Shown here: positions 23,189 to 35,700 of the stretch, piece after piece
Layout: every line of letters begins with the position of its first letter
How positions within the stretch are numbered: the first letter of the stretch is position 1
Source: Orbicella franksi
Lineage: Eukaryota
Direction of reading: 5' to 3'
DNA length: 64,000 bases
Assembly: GCA_964199315.1 (NCBI GenBank)
Contig: OZ116700.1
Span: 33,852,001 to 33,916,000 of the forward strand
Notes under the pieces: generated by a model
The model's database searches: none
Told to the model about the DNA's origin: nothing
What the model saw: the letters and a program-made list of their open reading frames with translations, nothing else
Program-made: the position numbers and the translations under genes

Positions 23189-23984
23189 AAATATATGCCG
23201 CTAATTAATAAATCAAAAGACGACCGTTAAGATCAGAGGATACCTCTATTTCTTATCGCGATCAATTCAGTTCGAACATCTACTTTGCCGGGGAACCATC
23301 GAGAACTCGCGTATAATATTAACCTTTTTTACACAGCCTCATGTGCGATCATTCCAACTCTCGATATCTTCTAATGGTATGCTTTATCATTACTTAACAA
23401 GTCGATACAGCTGATGGCATTCAAGAATTCGGCACTAACCTAATGGTTAACTAGTATCTTAACAGCTAACTGAAAGTAACACCCCAGCTTTTAGTGGAAA
23501 CAACTTGCATATCTTAGACCAAACGTTTGGATAAGCAGTAAATCGTAACCATTCCGTTAGAGTGCCCAGAAACAGAACGTGACTCAATCGATAGGTGTTA
23601 CGACCCGCAAAGTGGTAAAGGTTTGGTGTGAGCCCTTAAAAATGTCTAGCTTTAAACTAAAAAAGACAAACCATTTTTGATAAACAAACCTTTTTCGCCG
23701 CCCAACATTAATTTTTAAGCGCTACAATTTTTGTTTTCACTCGCTGTTGAACTGCGCTTGACAGTGAGCGCCAACTCTCACTGCTGTGTGTTCTTCATTG
23801 TCTTTAGTAAACAATGTCGTGTTAGAATCGCACTGTTTTGTGAGATTAACGGGTGGCCATTGCAGTTGTTTAGCACACCGGTCAATCTTTGCATTAATGT
23901 TAATGAATGCACGGCTCGTGGAGGTGTCTCTGTTTGCCATGTGAGAACTAAGATGATAAAGGCAAGTCTGGAGCGGCGGAGAGC

Positions 23985-26900
23985 ATGAAAAAGCGTTTTC
24001 CCCTTCAAGTGATTCTCTTGTCACTAGTACTGGTAAAGGTCGCCGCACAAAGTGAGCTTAATGTACTCTGTTTTGTCGCTTTTAAATCAAAAAGGAACTG
24101 TTTTATGTGCGCTGACCTAAAAGATTATAAGTTAGTTAGGTTGCAAAATCTATTTAATACAGGGACAGAGGCCGTCTCCAATAATTTTGCCTTATATATA
24201 TTAGCGTCGAGAATACATCTCACGTTTTATACGAGTACTATTATGATTTTCATTCTGCAGCCCCTGAGCTGATTATATTGTGTGGAATTTTGGCAGCTCA
24301 AGATGTGTTCATTCAAAATCGAAAAATCAAATTTATCAATTGTCTTGCTTTCTTTTCCCGCTAACAAAAACATCGCTAGCTTACGAAATTGTCTTTTAAT
24401 TTGCTAAAATGAAATTAACAAGAGAGTTATTAGCTTATTATGAGGTACGTTCAATTATGGCAAGATAACTGTATTATTTCACTGTAGCTGGCTAGACTTG
24501 GTAAATTAATTTCCGCAATAAGTTTAATTCAGCTGGTCATAACTTTGATTTTGCACGTCTTTTTCGCTAATCGTGACTTGCAATATACATTTAACAATTT
24601 GTCGAGTTTGATGTGAATAACGACGGATATTTACTCACAAACGTAACGAGGTAAATATCCTCCTGATATTTCACCAACTTGAACACGTAAAATGGATGTG
24701 TGATTTTTTGACTAGTCAAAGCAAAGAGAGCAGAGTTTTGTGGCGAAATTAAATGCTAGAGGCATGCATGTACCTACTGCTCTCATACAGATCCGTGAAT
24801 AGTGAGGAATACGTCAAGGCCACGCGGGATAAGAGCGCGCGAGAATCTCCATTCAGTGGTTTCGGCTATTCTATCTGAAATTTGGAATAAATGCAGAATT
24901 TGACAATGGTTTTCAGCTAGTAGTTAGATGAATTTTAGAATGAATTATATTAGAAAATTTGTGCTTTTTCATCTTTGAAAATTATATTTCGATCCGCAGC
25001 TGTTGTGGAGCAGAACGCTACAGCTGTGCCTAACGTTTATGGTAAGTTCCTGATTAACTATTTTGTTATTGTGTCCTGATTTGAAGTATAGATCAAAAGC
25101 GAAGTTTCCTGGGAGTTTTCTTTACTTCCTCAGAAATCATCAGTGACTTTTGCAATTTCAGGAAAAGCTGTCTCGCTTATTTTTAGCTATATATACGCAG
25201 AGATTTATAGCATAACAAGACAATAACAAACATCCCAAATATTTTGGCTTGAAGTGGATATTAAAATAAGGATTTATTTTTAATAACTGACTGATTTTCA
25301 CACCTTTTTACTCTCCCCAGAAACATGGTGTAGCGACAATCCTGTCTGTAAAAATTACACAGAGGTCAACTGCCATGAAGACTGGCTGAAAGTTAACTGC
25401 CCAAAGAAGTGCAAAATATGCGGCAACGGTCAGTAGCGACTCTGTTTTAACTTTACTTTTTAGCACCAAATCGTCTCGCAAAACTAGAAAATGGACCTGA
25501 GTGAGATCACCGTGACTTGGCGTAAGGCTAGATCAACATAAGTGGAAGGCAAAAGTGGACGCGCTATTCCCCCATGGGACAAAGAGGATTAGATGATATG
25601 AGTGAAAATAACTGACCTTATAGCTGACTTGAACACAAGTCGGACAACACAAACATTGCCTTCCAGTTTAACCTGAAAGGCGGGGTATTCATCTACTCAG
25701 TCAACATTTTCCTTGTTTATCACAAAGAGATTTTAAACACCTTCAAACGATGTAATGCACTTTTGGATTTATTGTACAAAGTAAAAATCGTCTTTCCCTT
25801 TGCTAGCGACTATACTTATTACTCTTATTTTACAGGGACTGCTTCTACTGCTACAACACCGCAACAGGTCAGCAAAGAAGCGACCAAAAAGGTGACAGAA
25901 AAACCATACACCGAGCTCTCTGTCACAGTACCATCAGAGGTGACTAAATCATTGGAGACGTCACGAAAGCCTGTACTGGTGAACATTAAAGGTGAAAATG
26001 GAAAGCCGGTGCTGGCAGACGAAGAAGCAAACAAGGCGCCAATGGTAGAGACGATTGTTGTTAAGCTTCCTGCGAACATAAAAGCTGAAGATGAAAACGC
26101 AGCCCAGATTAAGATTAAGGGCCCAGCGAAAGGTCATATTAACGCGACTATGAGTCATGGAACAACCATCCTTGAAATACCAGAAGGTAATAAGAAAGAG
26201 GGATGCTCTGTATTGATTTCTTTTTGAGACAAAGTGCGCTTTGTATCAACAATATGCGATAAGTTCTTTGTAGCTAGTGGTCTCGTTTGATTTGATATCC
26301 CCGCTTTAAGAGTGGCGGGAATGCCCTGGTAATGGTGGTTCACGATTCGGGAAATCGCTTATTTCAAAAACATAAAAAGACAAGGAAATTGTTTTGAATG
26401 CATGGAATCGAATCAGTTCTGTTGACAAACAAGAAATGCACTGTTGATGAAAAGAAAAGCTCCTCAAATAATTAATATAGTTTTCTTTCCCCGACGAAAT
26501 AAGTACAACGATAGAAAAGATAATAAACTAATTTACTTATTTATTTATTAATCAAAACTATAACAAAATTCTCGAACGTGATTGGCTATCAGCAGCCCAA
26601 TTTGAGCATTAATTGGACAGTGTACGCGTCATGCTTGTAACGGCCGGACAGTACGCGTCATTTTGCGCGCGCTGCTGCGGTGCACTTTGTTGAGTAAACT
26701 GCTGCTGCGTTTTTCAGCATTCATAACGACGTTTAATCGTTCAGTCATCATTCGATGGTTTGTTCGTTTCGCGAATTTTGTCATAGTTTTGATTAATTGG
26801 TAACAGGACATCGTGTCGTCCAATTCAGCCTGTAATCATATTCGTGATTAACAAATCGGACTCCCGCTTCGCGGTCGGCCGATTTTGTTAATCACTCGCA

Positions 26901-29786
26901 TGATTACAGACCGAATTGGATTCCACTCAGTCCTATTACCATTATTAATTTATCTTAATTGGTATTATTTGTTTCATTATTTTTAGCTCCATGGTGTAAT
27001 GACAAGAGTGAATGTTCACGATACTCTAGACACCAGTGTAATGATGATTGGGTTCAACTGAATTGTCCGCGAAAATGCCAATTCTGCAGACGTGAGTAGC
27101 CATTACTGACCCAGACAAATTGTGTACGCCTTGCGTGCCTGTTCGGCTTGCTTGCCTGTCTTTCTTTGCGAGGAGACTGAGTTCTACCACAACAAACATG
27201 GCGGATAAAGCGCGCAAAAATTTTATGTTGCTCATCATGGCCTGAAGTGTCGGGAAATACAGGCAGAATTTAGCTCAGTGATGGCCCCTAGTGTCTTTAG
27301 GAAAGTAAACAACCCTGAAGAGAGAGAAAAAGTCAAATCGCTCGGGGTGCATCAGAGCCTGCGCTTATTTTGATCAACTGTGTTTCCGGTGTTTTTCAGC
27401 TGTTTGTAAAGATAATCCTGAATGCAGTCGATACTCGACAGAAAGCTGTGAAAATGAATGGATGAAAACAAACTGTAAGAAGAAGTGCGGATTCTGTGAA
27501 GGTTAGTGCACAGGGTGAATCTGATGACTGGTGTTGTGGAAGGCTTTATGACATTTTCATACTACTGCATACTGCAGACGATGTCAATAATGGCGCTCCG
27601 GTTAGCCTGAATATCACTCAGGTTGGCCTGAATAGCGCTCAGATGTATAGCCTGTTTTCGGTAAGCTCTAGGTAAATGGGGATGGGAATACGGTATCAAT
27701 TAAAAAGTCCTGCAGTCTGCAGCCTGTAAATGTCATACACCGTGTGTGGACAAAGCTATGGAGTCCAACCGATTGAAGTCCTACAGTACCTATATCATTG
27801 GGAAAGAATCAATAGAGACAATAATCAGCTTGATTCAATAAGATTTGTGCTGTAGAATAATGTGGATTGCGCTCAAAGCTCAGGTTGTTCTTGTGAATTA
27901 ACTAATACATACATACATACATACATACATACTTTATTGACTTTCCCTTTAGAGGCTTTTCAAAGACAATACAATAATAATTTAAAACTACTTAAAAACT
28001 CTAAGATTCATTAAGATTAATTAACTAGAATTAGGAATCTATAAAATCCTTAATAAGTTTACGTTTAAGATAAAACTTAAAAGCAGATACTTTCTCGAGA
28101 GTTGTCAGGAAACATTGGGGGACAAGCAACCATCCAAAAGACAGGGAATGAATGTGTACACTAAAACATTGCATGTCATTTAGACACAAAACGCACATTA
28201 TAGTTGATTGCCAATTGTCCTGTTAGAATAAAATAGTAATGGTTGCAATGGTGGTGCTAGTGGTGGTGGTAGTGGGAGGACAAAGACATGGAGACAAAGA
28301 CATGGAGACAAATTAGACTAATGAGAGATTCTAATTAACTTTTAGGTGCATAGGCTCAGCAGCCAGCTAATGTTTGTTAAGTCAAATAAAATTTAAAGAA
28401 ATGTGGCACTAATGTTAACATGCACTGGCAAGTCTTAACCAGGGATGAGGGGGAAGGGGTACTATGCAATGGGGGGGGGGGGGGGAGAGCTCTTATAGCA
28501 CTTTGGTTACTTTGAAGAGCACTCTGGTTAGCCTGAATAATGGTCAGGTTGGCCTGTTAACCCCTACCCTTACCCACTGTTTAGACCTGCCGGTTAACAC
28601 TGATGTAAATATAATTTATTAATGGCTAATTTATTAATGCTGTGTTTAATCAGTTGACTTACTAATAAAACTACTATGGTATCAATAAAAAATAATTTAT
28701 AAGTGCTGTTGATTAACTTGAAACCTGCTTACTAACATCTGCGTTTCTAAGAAAAAACTAATGGATGGCTTAAATTCTAATAAACCTAAAATTATGTAAA
28801 AGTGTGAGGATTGTGGAATACAAAATGACGAGACATACAGGTGATAATTTAGCTGTATGGACTCACTGAATTGAGTTATTAATGAAAGAAATGATATCAA
28901 CTTTTGTTTTTCATTCAGTATCACCCATTGAATTTATTTCTTTCAATCGTTCTTTACTGGAGCTCAAAATTTTGCCCTCTTAAATAACGTCTTTCGATTT
29001 TAGGAGTAGCATCCCTTGGAAAAGATGAAACTGAAGGTGAGGTATTCTCCAACTGGGACTTATAGAAAAAAATCACAATAATAAATTTTAATTCAAAATC
29101 ACCTCGCATTGTAGTGACGCAAACTTATATTTGGGAAAGTAAAGTTTAAATGTTAAATAAATACCACAAATTAAAATAAAATATTTAGTAAAATTAAAAT
29201 AAATCCATTAAACCAAATTAAATAAAATTTAAAAGACCTGTAAATTAATTATAAATAAAACATGTCATTTATGTCAATCTAGCTGTTATGCCGTCCTTAA
29301 CCATCCTTTGCAATTAACACTAACCACTAATATTTTGATGCTGCATCTATAAATAATACTTGATATTGCATAATCACATAATCATGCCATACACCAAGGC
29401 ACATTCCTTTGTACTTACCCAAAAGCGATGTACAATCTTTCTTGCCAGGACCTTGTGCTGCAAAGGATCATGAAGATTGCAATACCTACCCAATGTATGC
29501 ATGTCACAATGAATGGTTGATAAGGAACTGCAAAAGAAAGTGTGGCTTATGTCAAGGTAATTGCAGGTCTACTTTAGTTAGATCTTTTGCTATTTTGAAA
29601 GGAAGTTAATTCTCTTAATGATGGATTTTCTTAGGCCGGCAGATTAAGCTAATCCAGAGTCAACATGGTCTTTGAGTTTCAAAGAAATCTTATGTGAATA
29701 GTAAAGGACTTTGCAATGCATTTTTTTTTTAGCGCCAACCCAGGCCCCAATTAGTTTGGCTGCACCTACAGTCCCACCCTCCCATG
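23985..29786 (+). CDS. G4 exons 1-8: signal peptide, four ShKT domains, spacers; 23985..24051,25000..25041,25321..25428,25836..26186,26987..27091,27400..27501,29449..29556,29733..29786
   Basis: Six-Cys ShKT pattern ending C-x3-C-x2-C in each of four single exons (e.g. [32 protein letters not shown]). All introns are phase 1. Confidence 0.85.
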
Positions 29787-32700
29787 GTAGGAAATTTCAT
29801 TGTGTTGTTGTTTTTTACTTTTATTTGCATTTGCTTTGTTTACAGTTACTGTTGATTTACAGTTCCGTTGATGAACTGAAGGTCTCATCGAACAAAAAAG
29901 GGTATTACAGAATCGGCTGAGGACTCTTAAAAACAAACAAATAAACAAACAAACAAATACACATGGAAAGACAAAAGCAAACATTTCATAATGTTAAAAG
30001 TCAGTTTCTTTCCTTGTGCAAGCTTAACGCAGCTCTTTTTTTCCAGCGGTCTAGACATTGTGAACTTTGCCTAGAAACACCCAGCGTTTTTGCTTTGAAA
30101 CTTCATAGACGAAGCTCATTTCTCCGTTCTTCTTGTTTAACCGAATGTGAAAACGTCTTGCTAAGAAACGCAGTTATTTATTGCTTTTGATTATTTATTT
30201 GTGGTAAATTTGAAGCTGTAAACCCCACAGACTTTTGTTTTCGACATCACCCTGTATTTTAATATTCTTTAATTTGTTCCATTGATAGCCAATGAAACGA
30301 AGGTTTTGCTACCGCTAGGAAGAGCAAGTAAGTTGTAATTGTGCGTCTTCATATGTATTAGATTTATTCACTTTGTTCAAATTCCAGTGTTTCATTTTCT
30401 GTTCAAATAAACTCGTTCTTTTCTTTGTAGTTGCGTAGGCAGCCTCCTCCTGCCTTTTCATGGGGCCGGGGGCAGGGGTGGAGGGGAGGGGGGTTCTTTG
30501 CTTACCATCAACTACGGAGAAGTGTAACGTCTCACTGATATTAAACGTACATGTAACAACTAGGACGTTGTACACACTGTCAAACTCAAATTCTTTTTGA
30601 AGTTCTTGCTTTATAACAACGAACTTGAATAACATGCAGAGGACTACTCGTTTTCTAACGAAACAAAAAAATATTTTCCTTGAAACGTTATTTTGTATGT
30701 GTTTGTTTGATTATTGTTTCGCATTTCTTTTTTTAACTCCTTTCAGATTGTTACTATGACGGTATTTTACACGAGCACGGCGAACGCTGGTCTCCAGGCC
30801 CTTGCACGCCAGAATGCAAGTGTGATGATGGGAAAATCCGCTGTACATTGATCGAGTGTCCAGAACTAAGCTGCAGTAATCCCATAAAGAAGCGATGGAA
30901 GTGTTGTCCGGAATGCCCTGTAGAAGAAGGTAGAACAAATAGCGCTTATCGCGTATTGAACTACCTGCGGTACACTGTACCTGGTTCGGTGGGTTGGCAA
31001 AATCCCTGAAGGGTGACCTCGGTGATTTTCTCCGTAAATGTTACTAAGCAACGCCATGTTCCCATGGCGACAAACTGACGCAATAACATGGAGCGCGTGC
31101 TATTTCTTATTGGAAAATGAGATTCGAGAACTTTTGATTGGCACTTTCACTGAATGAGATGCCTTAGACTGGTATGTGATTGCACCAGAAATAGTTTAAA
31201 GGAGCTATGTCACAGTTTCCCTAACTTGAAAAGTTTAGCCTAAATTTTTCAAGTTCGTCGTTTGTAATCCGTGTCAATCTTCTCCATCCTTAACCATCCT
31301 TGTTCCTTTATCGTTTATTATTATTATTTTGGTGTTTTTCTATCTTAGTAAACTGCTATTTTATTTCCAGGTTTCCTTCAACTTAAAGGTAATGTTGTAC
31401 AAGGCCAAAATTACTCATAATGCCATGACTGAGCTCCTTTAACAATCCTTTGATCACTTGTTCATCTCAACAATCACTGTCTTACGTCCACAGGTCTGAA
31501 TGCACGCTGCGTAGAAACCGAAGGCGGAACAAGCAAAGGCGCGTGTTGTGTTTTCCCGTTCATCTATCATGGGACTCAGTATTTTGAGTGCACTGACAAG
31601 GACATCAAGAAACCTTGGTGTGCTACAACATCTAACTATGACATTGACGGAATGTGGGGACACTGTCTTGGTAAGGAAATAAACAGGACTACCAGCCAGA
31701 TGGATAATATTCTCTTCTTTGCGTGGGTTATGTAACTAACCTCCTTCAAAAATGCAGCTGCTAATTTTTGCGATCGCAGGCACTAGCTTTTCAATCACTT
31801 TTCTCAGTTTATAATCAGTCTCAAATCTCGTCTTCTAGGCGAAACTCGGGAAACTACAGAGGCACCCAAGGCAACAAAATTCACATCGACTGAAGGTCAA
31901 GCGGCTACTACTGGAACCCAGGCCTCTTCCGAGTCCACTTCCGTCACCGAAGGTCATGTGACAAGTCACGCGACGCACGCGTACACCTCAGGGACTAGTG
32001 TAGCCACTGAGACTCCACTCTCAGACGAGTTTCAGCCTTCCTCCACAGTGGGAACCACGCCCATGCCTTCAACATTTCCGGGTAGGCTACAGGGTAGTGT
32101 CTTGTGCGGTTGGAAGTCTCCACACATTCTGGCTTAGCCTGCAATGATTTTAGTCAGTAGGAGCTCAGCGACGTGACCGTGTTTCGTATAACGTGAATAA
32201 TGTGAACCATGTTGGGTTGCTTTAAACGTGTTTTATTGAGTAATTGAGAATGTAACATGTTTCACCGTTAATGCTGGTAAAGTGTAACAACAACGGCAAT
32301 TTTTTTTAAGAGAGCATAAGTAAAGGGGAAACGAACTCTTTTCCGTTGGTATCTTATCGAACAGGAAGCGGAAAGTGTAACAGACTTAAAAATATAGGAA
32401 GTATATTGATAAATTTGATAAAGGCAACTAGTAAAATGCATATTTCTGAAGCAGAGACAACTTACGAAATGTAGAATAATATTGTAAAAGATCTTCTGTA
32501 ACTAACAAAGCTAGAATATTGTTTAAGTAACCTCGTTGGAGTGGAAATCTGAAATATCAATCTTGAACGGTGTTTATTTTGCGGTCCATAGCTCCAGTCA
32601 CAGGCGTGTACTCTGATTGGTCCCATTGGTCTTTATGCTCGGCCACCTGCGGAGGAGGGACACAGGAGAGAACACGAAAATGCACCTTCCCTAAAGACAC

Positions 32701-35700
32701 CAAGGGTGGGGTGGACTGTTCCTCTTTGGGACCCTCGTTAGAGACTCGAGAATGCAACGCCCTGTTGTGCCCAGGTGAGCGATTAAAGATTTTGCGCGCT
32801 GCTGGTACATGCAGCTTTGAAACTGCAGGCATGTTTCTTTACCGGCTTTGGACTGAAAGAACGAGTTATTTATTATCATAAATTGTAACGCAACTTGTAA
32901 AATGATTTAACTCACAACTGAAGATGGTCGCTGAACGACCAAAACATGTCCCTCAAGGTCAAGTGTGTCGTCTTCTTTCTAAATATTATAGTTTGTCTTC
33001 TTTTATCCAGATTATAACCCTGTAATCAAGTTTTAACTTTTGACTTCTGGGATCTTTTTTTTTTAAGAGCTTTCTCAGCACAAGGCTAAAATACGTTCAA
33101 AAATAATTCCGGAGAATTTTTCCCGCTAGTCCATTGCTTTGTGGAAACTCACGATGTTTTCTCCTTGTTTGGCGTTATCAAATTATTTTTTTTTCGTGAC
33201 CTTCTAACCACAAAGAATATACAGTGTTCTCATTAAATAGTGTAGCTGCTTACGTTGGAGCAGTTTTAAAAATATTCCATTTTGTCCCACTAAATTTCAT
33301 TTGTACGATTTTTGTTGTTGTTGTTGATGTGTTCCTAATCTCTCCTGTGGAATATTCCTCAAATGTGTTTGTATTTTATTGTTCGCAGAGGATGGTGGGT
33401 ACTCGAAATGGAGTGATTGGTCAGCATGTGACGTGACGTGTGGAGGAGGAGTAATGCAGAGATACCGGACTTGTGATAGTCCTGTCCCGTCCAACGGTGG
33501 CCGAGACTGTGCTACAAAAGGCCTGGGTCCTACCATGGAGTCTAAAGCCTGTAGTCTTGTAGCTTGTCCACGTAAGTTAATAGGTTCTATGTGTTGTTTC
33601 CATGACATTACTTGCTGTGAAGATTAAAACTCTTCGTTTCAACCGTAGCCACGGTGATAGTATTAACGGATGCAAAGACAACAACAACAACCAACCATTT
33701 TATTTTTCCAGATTTACAAAAAGAAAAAAAATAACAGCATACTGTAAAAACAATAAACTTAATTAGACAAAAAAGAAAAAAAAACTACTCAGAATAGTAA
33801 GAAAAGTAAAGAAGCTGAGTAGATAGAAAAATAATTAATATGCTTTACCTTGGTAACCACATTCATAATCAAAGAGAAGGAAAAAAACACAAAAAAAAAG
33901 ATACGTGTACAAACAAACAGATAAGTGAATGATAAAAACAACAACAAAAAAAAGAAAATGAAAAGTAATCTAACCGTACCAGTTAATGATAAGACCAAAT
34001 TTGTATGTAGTTTTGTTTTGGACGAAAAAAAAAAAAAAAAGAAATAGGTTCGATAATGATACTAAGCCAGCACTAAGGAAACGCCCACACAAGGAGCATT
34101 TAATCAGATTACTGTAACAGGATTGTTTTCTTTTTCTTACATCAAGGATTTTCTATTTCTTTGCTAGATAATGGTGGATATACTGACTGGACCGGATGGT
34201 CACAGTGTGACAAGACATGCGGTGACGGCAAGAAATACCGAACACGCCACTGTACCAATCCCCCGCCGGCTCACGGTGGGCATGATTGCTCGTGGTTTGG
34301 GGACGACAGAGAAGTGTCTAACTGTAATGATGGACCGTGCGAAGGTGAGAAATGTCTTCTACGCAACAACAACTCAATCCCCTTCGTTCCTGAATGGTGT
34401 AACACAGGTCGTCCACTAGTGCTTGCCACCTGACCCTATTTTGAGCCGTGCGCTTCACTTTCTTCCAGTGAGCTGTCTGTCCTTACATTCCACTGCCCGA
34501 TCTTCACACATGCTTTTGGCGACAGCAATTTCATCGGCGGTTTAAGCGTCATTCTTTACTTGGCACGATGCTCCAATCGGGCGTTGACATCCTGTACCTT
34601 TGCTTCCCTACAGTAGGGCACAGTGGCAATACCAGTATTTGAATTTTCTTCTAGTCTTAGAAAAATTGAATTTTAGACCATTTCAGAAATTCGTTTAAGA
34701 CCAGTTCGAATTTTGTAGACCGACTTCATTAAAACTGAGCGATCAAGCCTCTTTCATTGAACATCGGTACTTATTCAACTGTTTATTGTTTGTTTCTCTC
34801 AGTTGACGGAGGCTATACGGCTTTTACGGACTGGTCAGCATGCAGCAGGAGTTGCGGCCCAGGAGTGACATCTAGGCACAGAACTTGCTCCAATCCCCCA
34901 CCCACTGCGGGCGGCAAAGATTGCACGAACCTGGGACCGGCATTTGAGCAGCGCTCGTGTCTATTGGCGGAATGTCCAGGTTTGTAGAGACTACATCAGC
35001 ACGACTGTGCTGAAAACTCGCATGGAGCTTTGACTTGAAAGTTGGCAAGCTAGTTCTGCATTTTTCTCGAATGTTTGTCAGCTCGGCAATCGTGAAAATA
35101 GCAGTACTGTCAAGTACTATTTTACGTCTGATTACCTAAAAACGAACAGCTATAAAAATTTTTATTGGAGGTTTACAATTTTACATTTCTCGCATAGAAA
35201 TCGTGTACATTTTTGAGGTCATGCCGCAGTTCTTTGCTAGTTCTGTAAAATCTAGCAAACTCTGTACTTTGCTGCGCAAAATACGCATCCAATCTTGAAC
35301 TGATGGCGTTTTTATTTAACTGTTCTGTTCTATCACTTGATTAGCAACCGGGAACTGGACCAACTGGAGTGACTGGAACCAGTGCACACGGACGTGTGGC
35401 TCTGGTATCCAGTTTAGAAAGCGAGTCTGTATTCACCCCAAAGGAGAGCTTTTCTGCTTAGGAGAGAAAGTACAATCCCGACTGTGTAACAGCCATCACT
35501 GCCCAGGTAACAATCTTGTCTCATTTTTACTGAAATTGTTGAGATTACTTTTTTGTTATACAAAGGTAAGATGTTTGCATTGGAAGGTATGTTATTTATT
35601 TCTGTAGGAATTGGGGCGAATTTTCGCGCTTTTAAAAAGTAGACTGTACACTCACGCACGCTTTTCGGGATTTCAAGTTTGGGTGTACTGTAAAAGGACA

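Noticed and set aside
27577-27660. Possible extra G4 exon [15 protein letters not shown]..
   Set aside because: The available donors give phase 0 or 2, incompatible with the next phase-1 exon. The core GGTTAGCCTGAATA..CAGGTTGGCCTG recurs at 28526, suggesting a small repeat.
29846-29901. Candidate small exon after G4 exon 8
   Set aside because: Both nearby acceptors give in-frame stops in phase 1.
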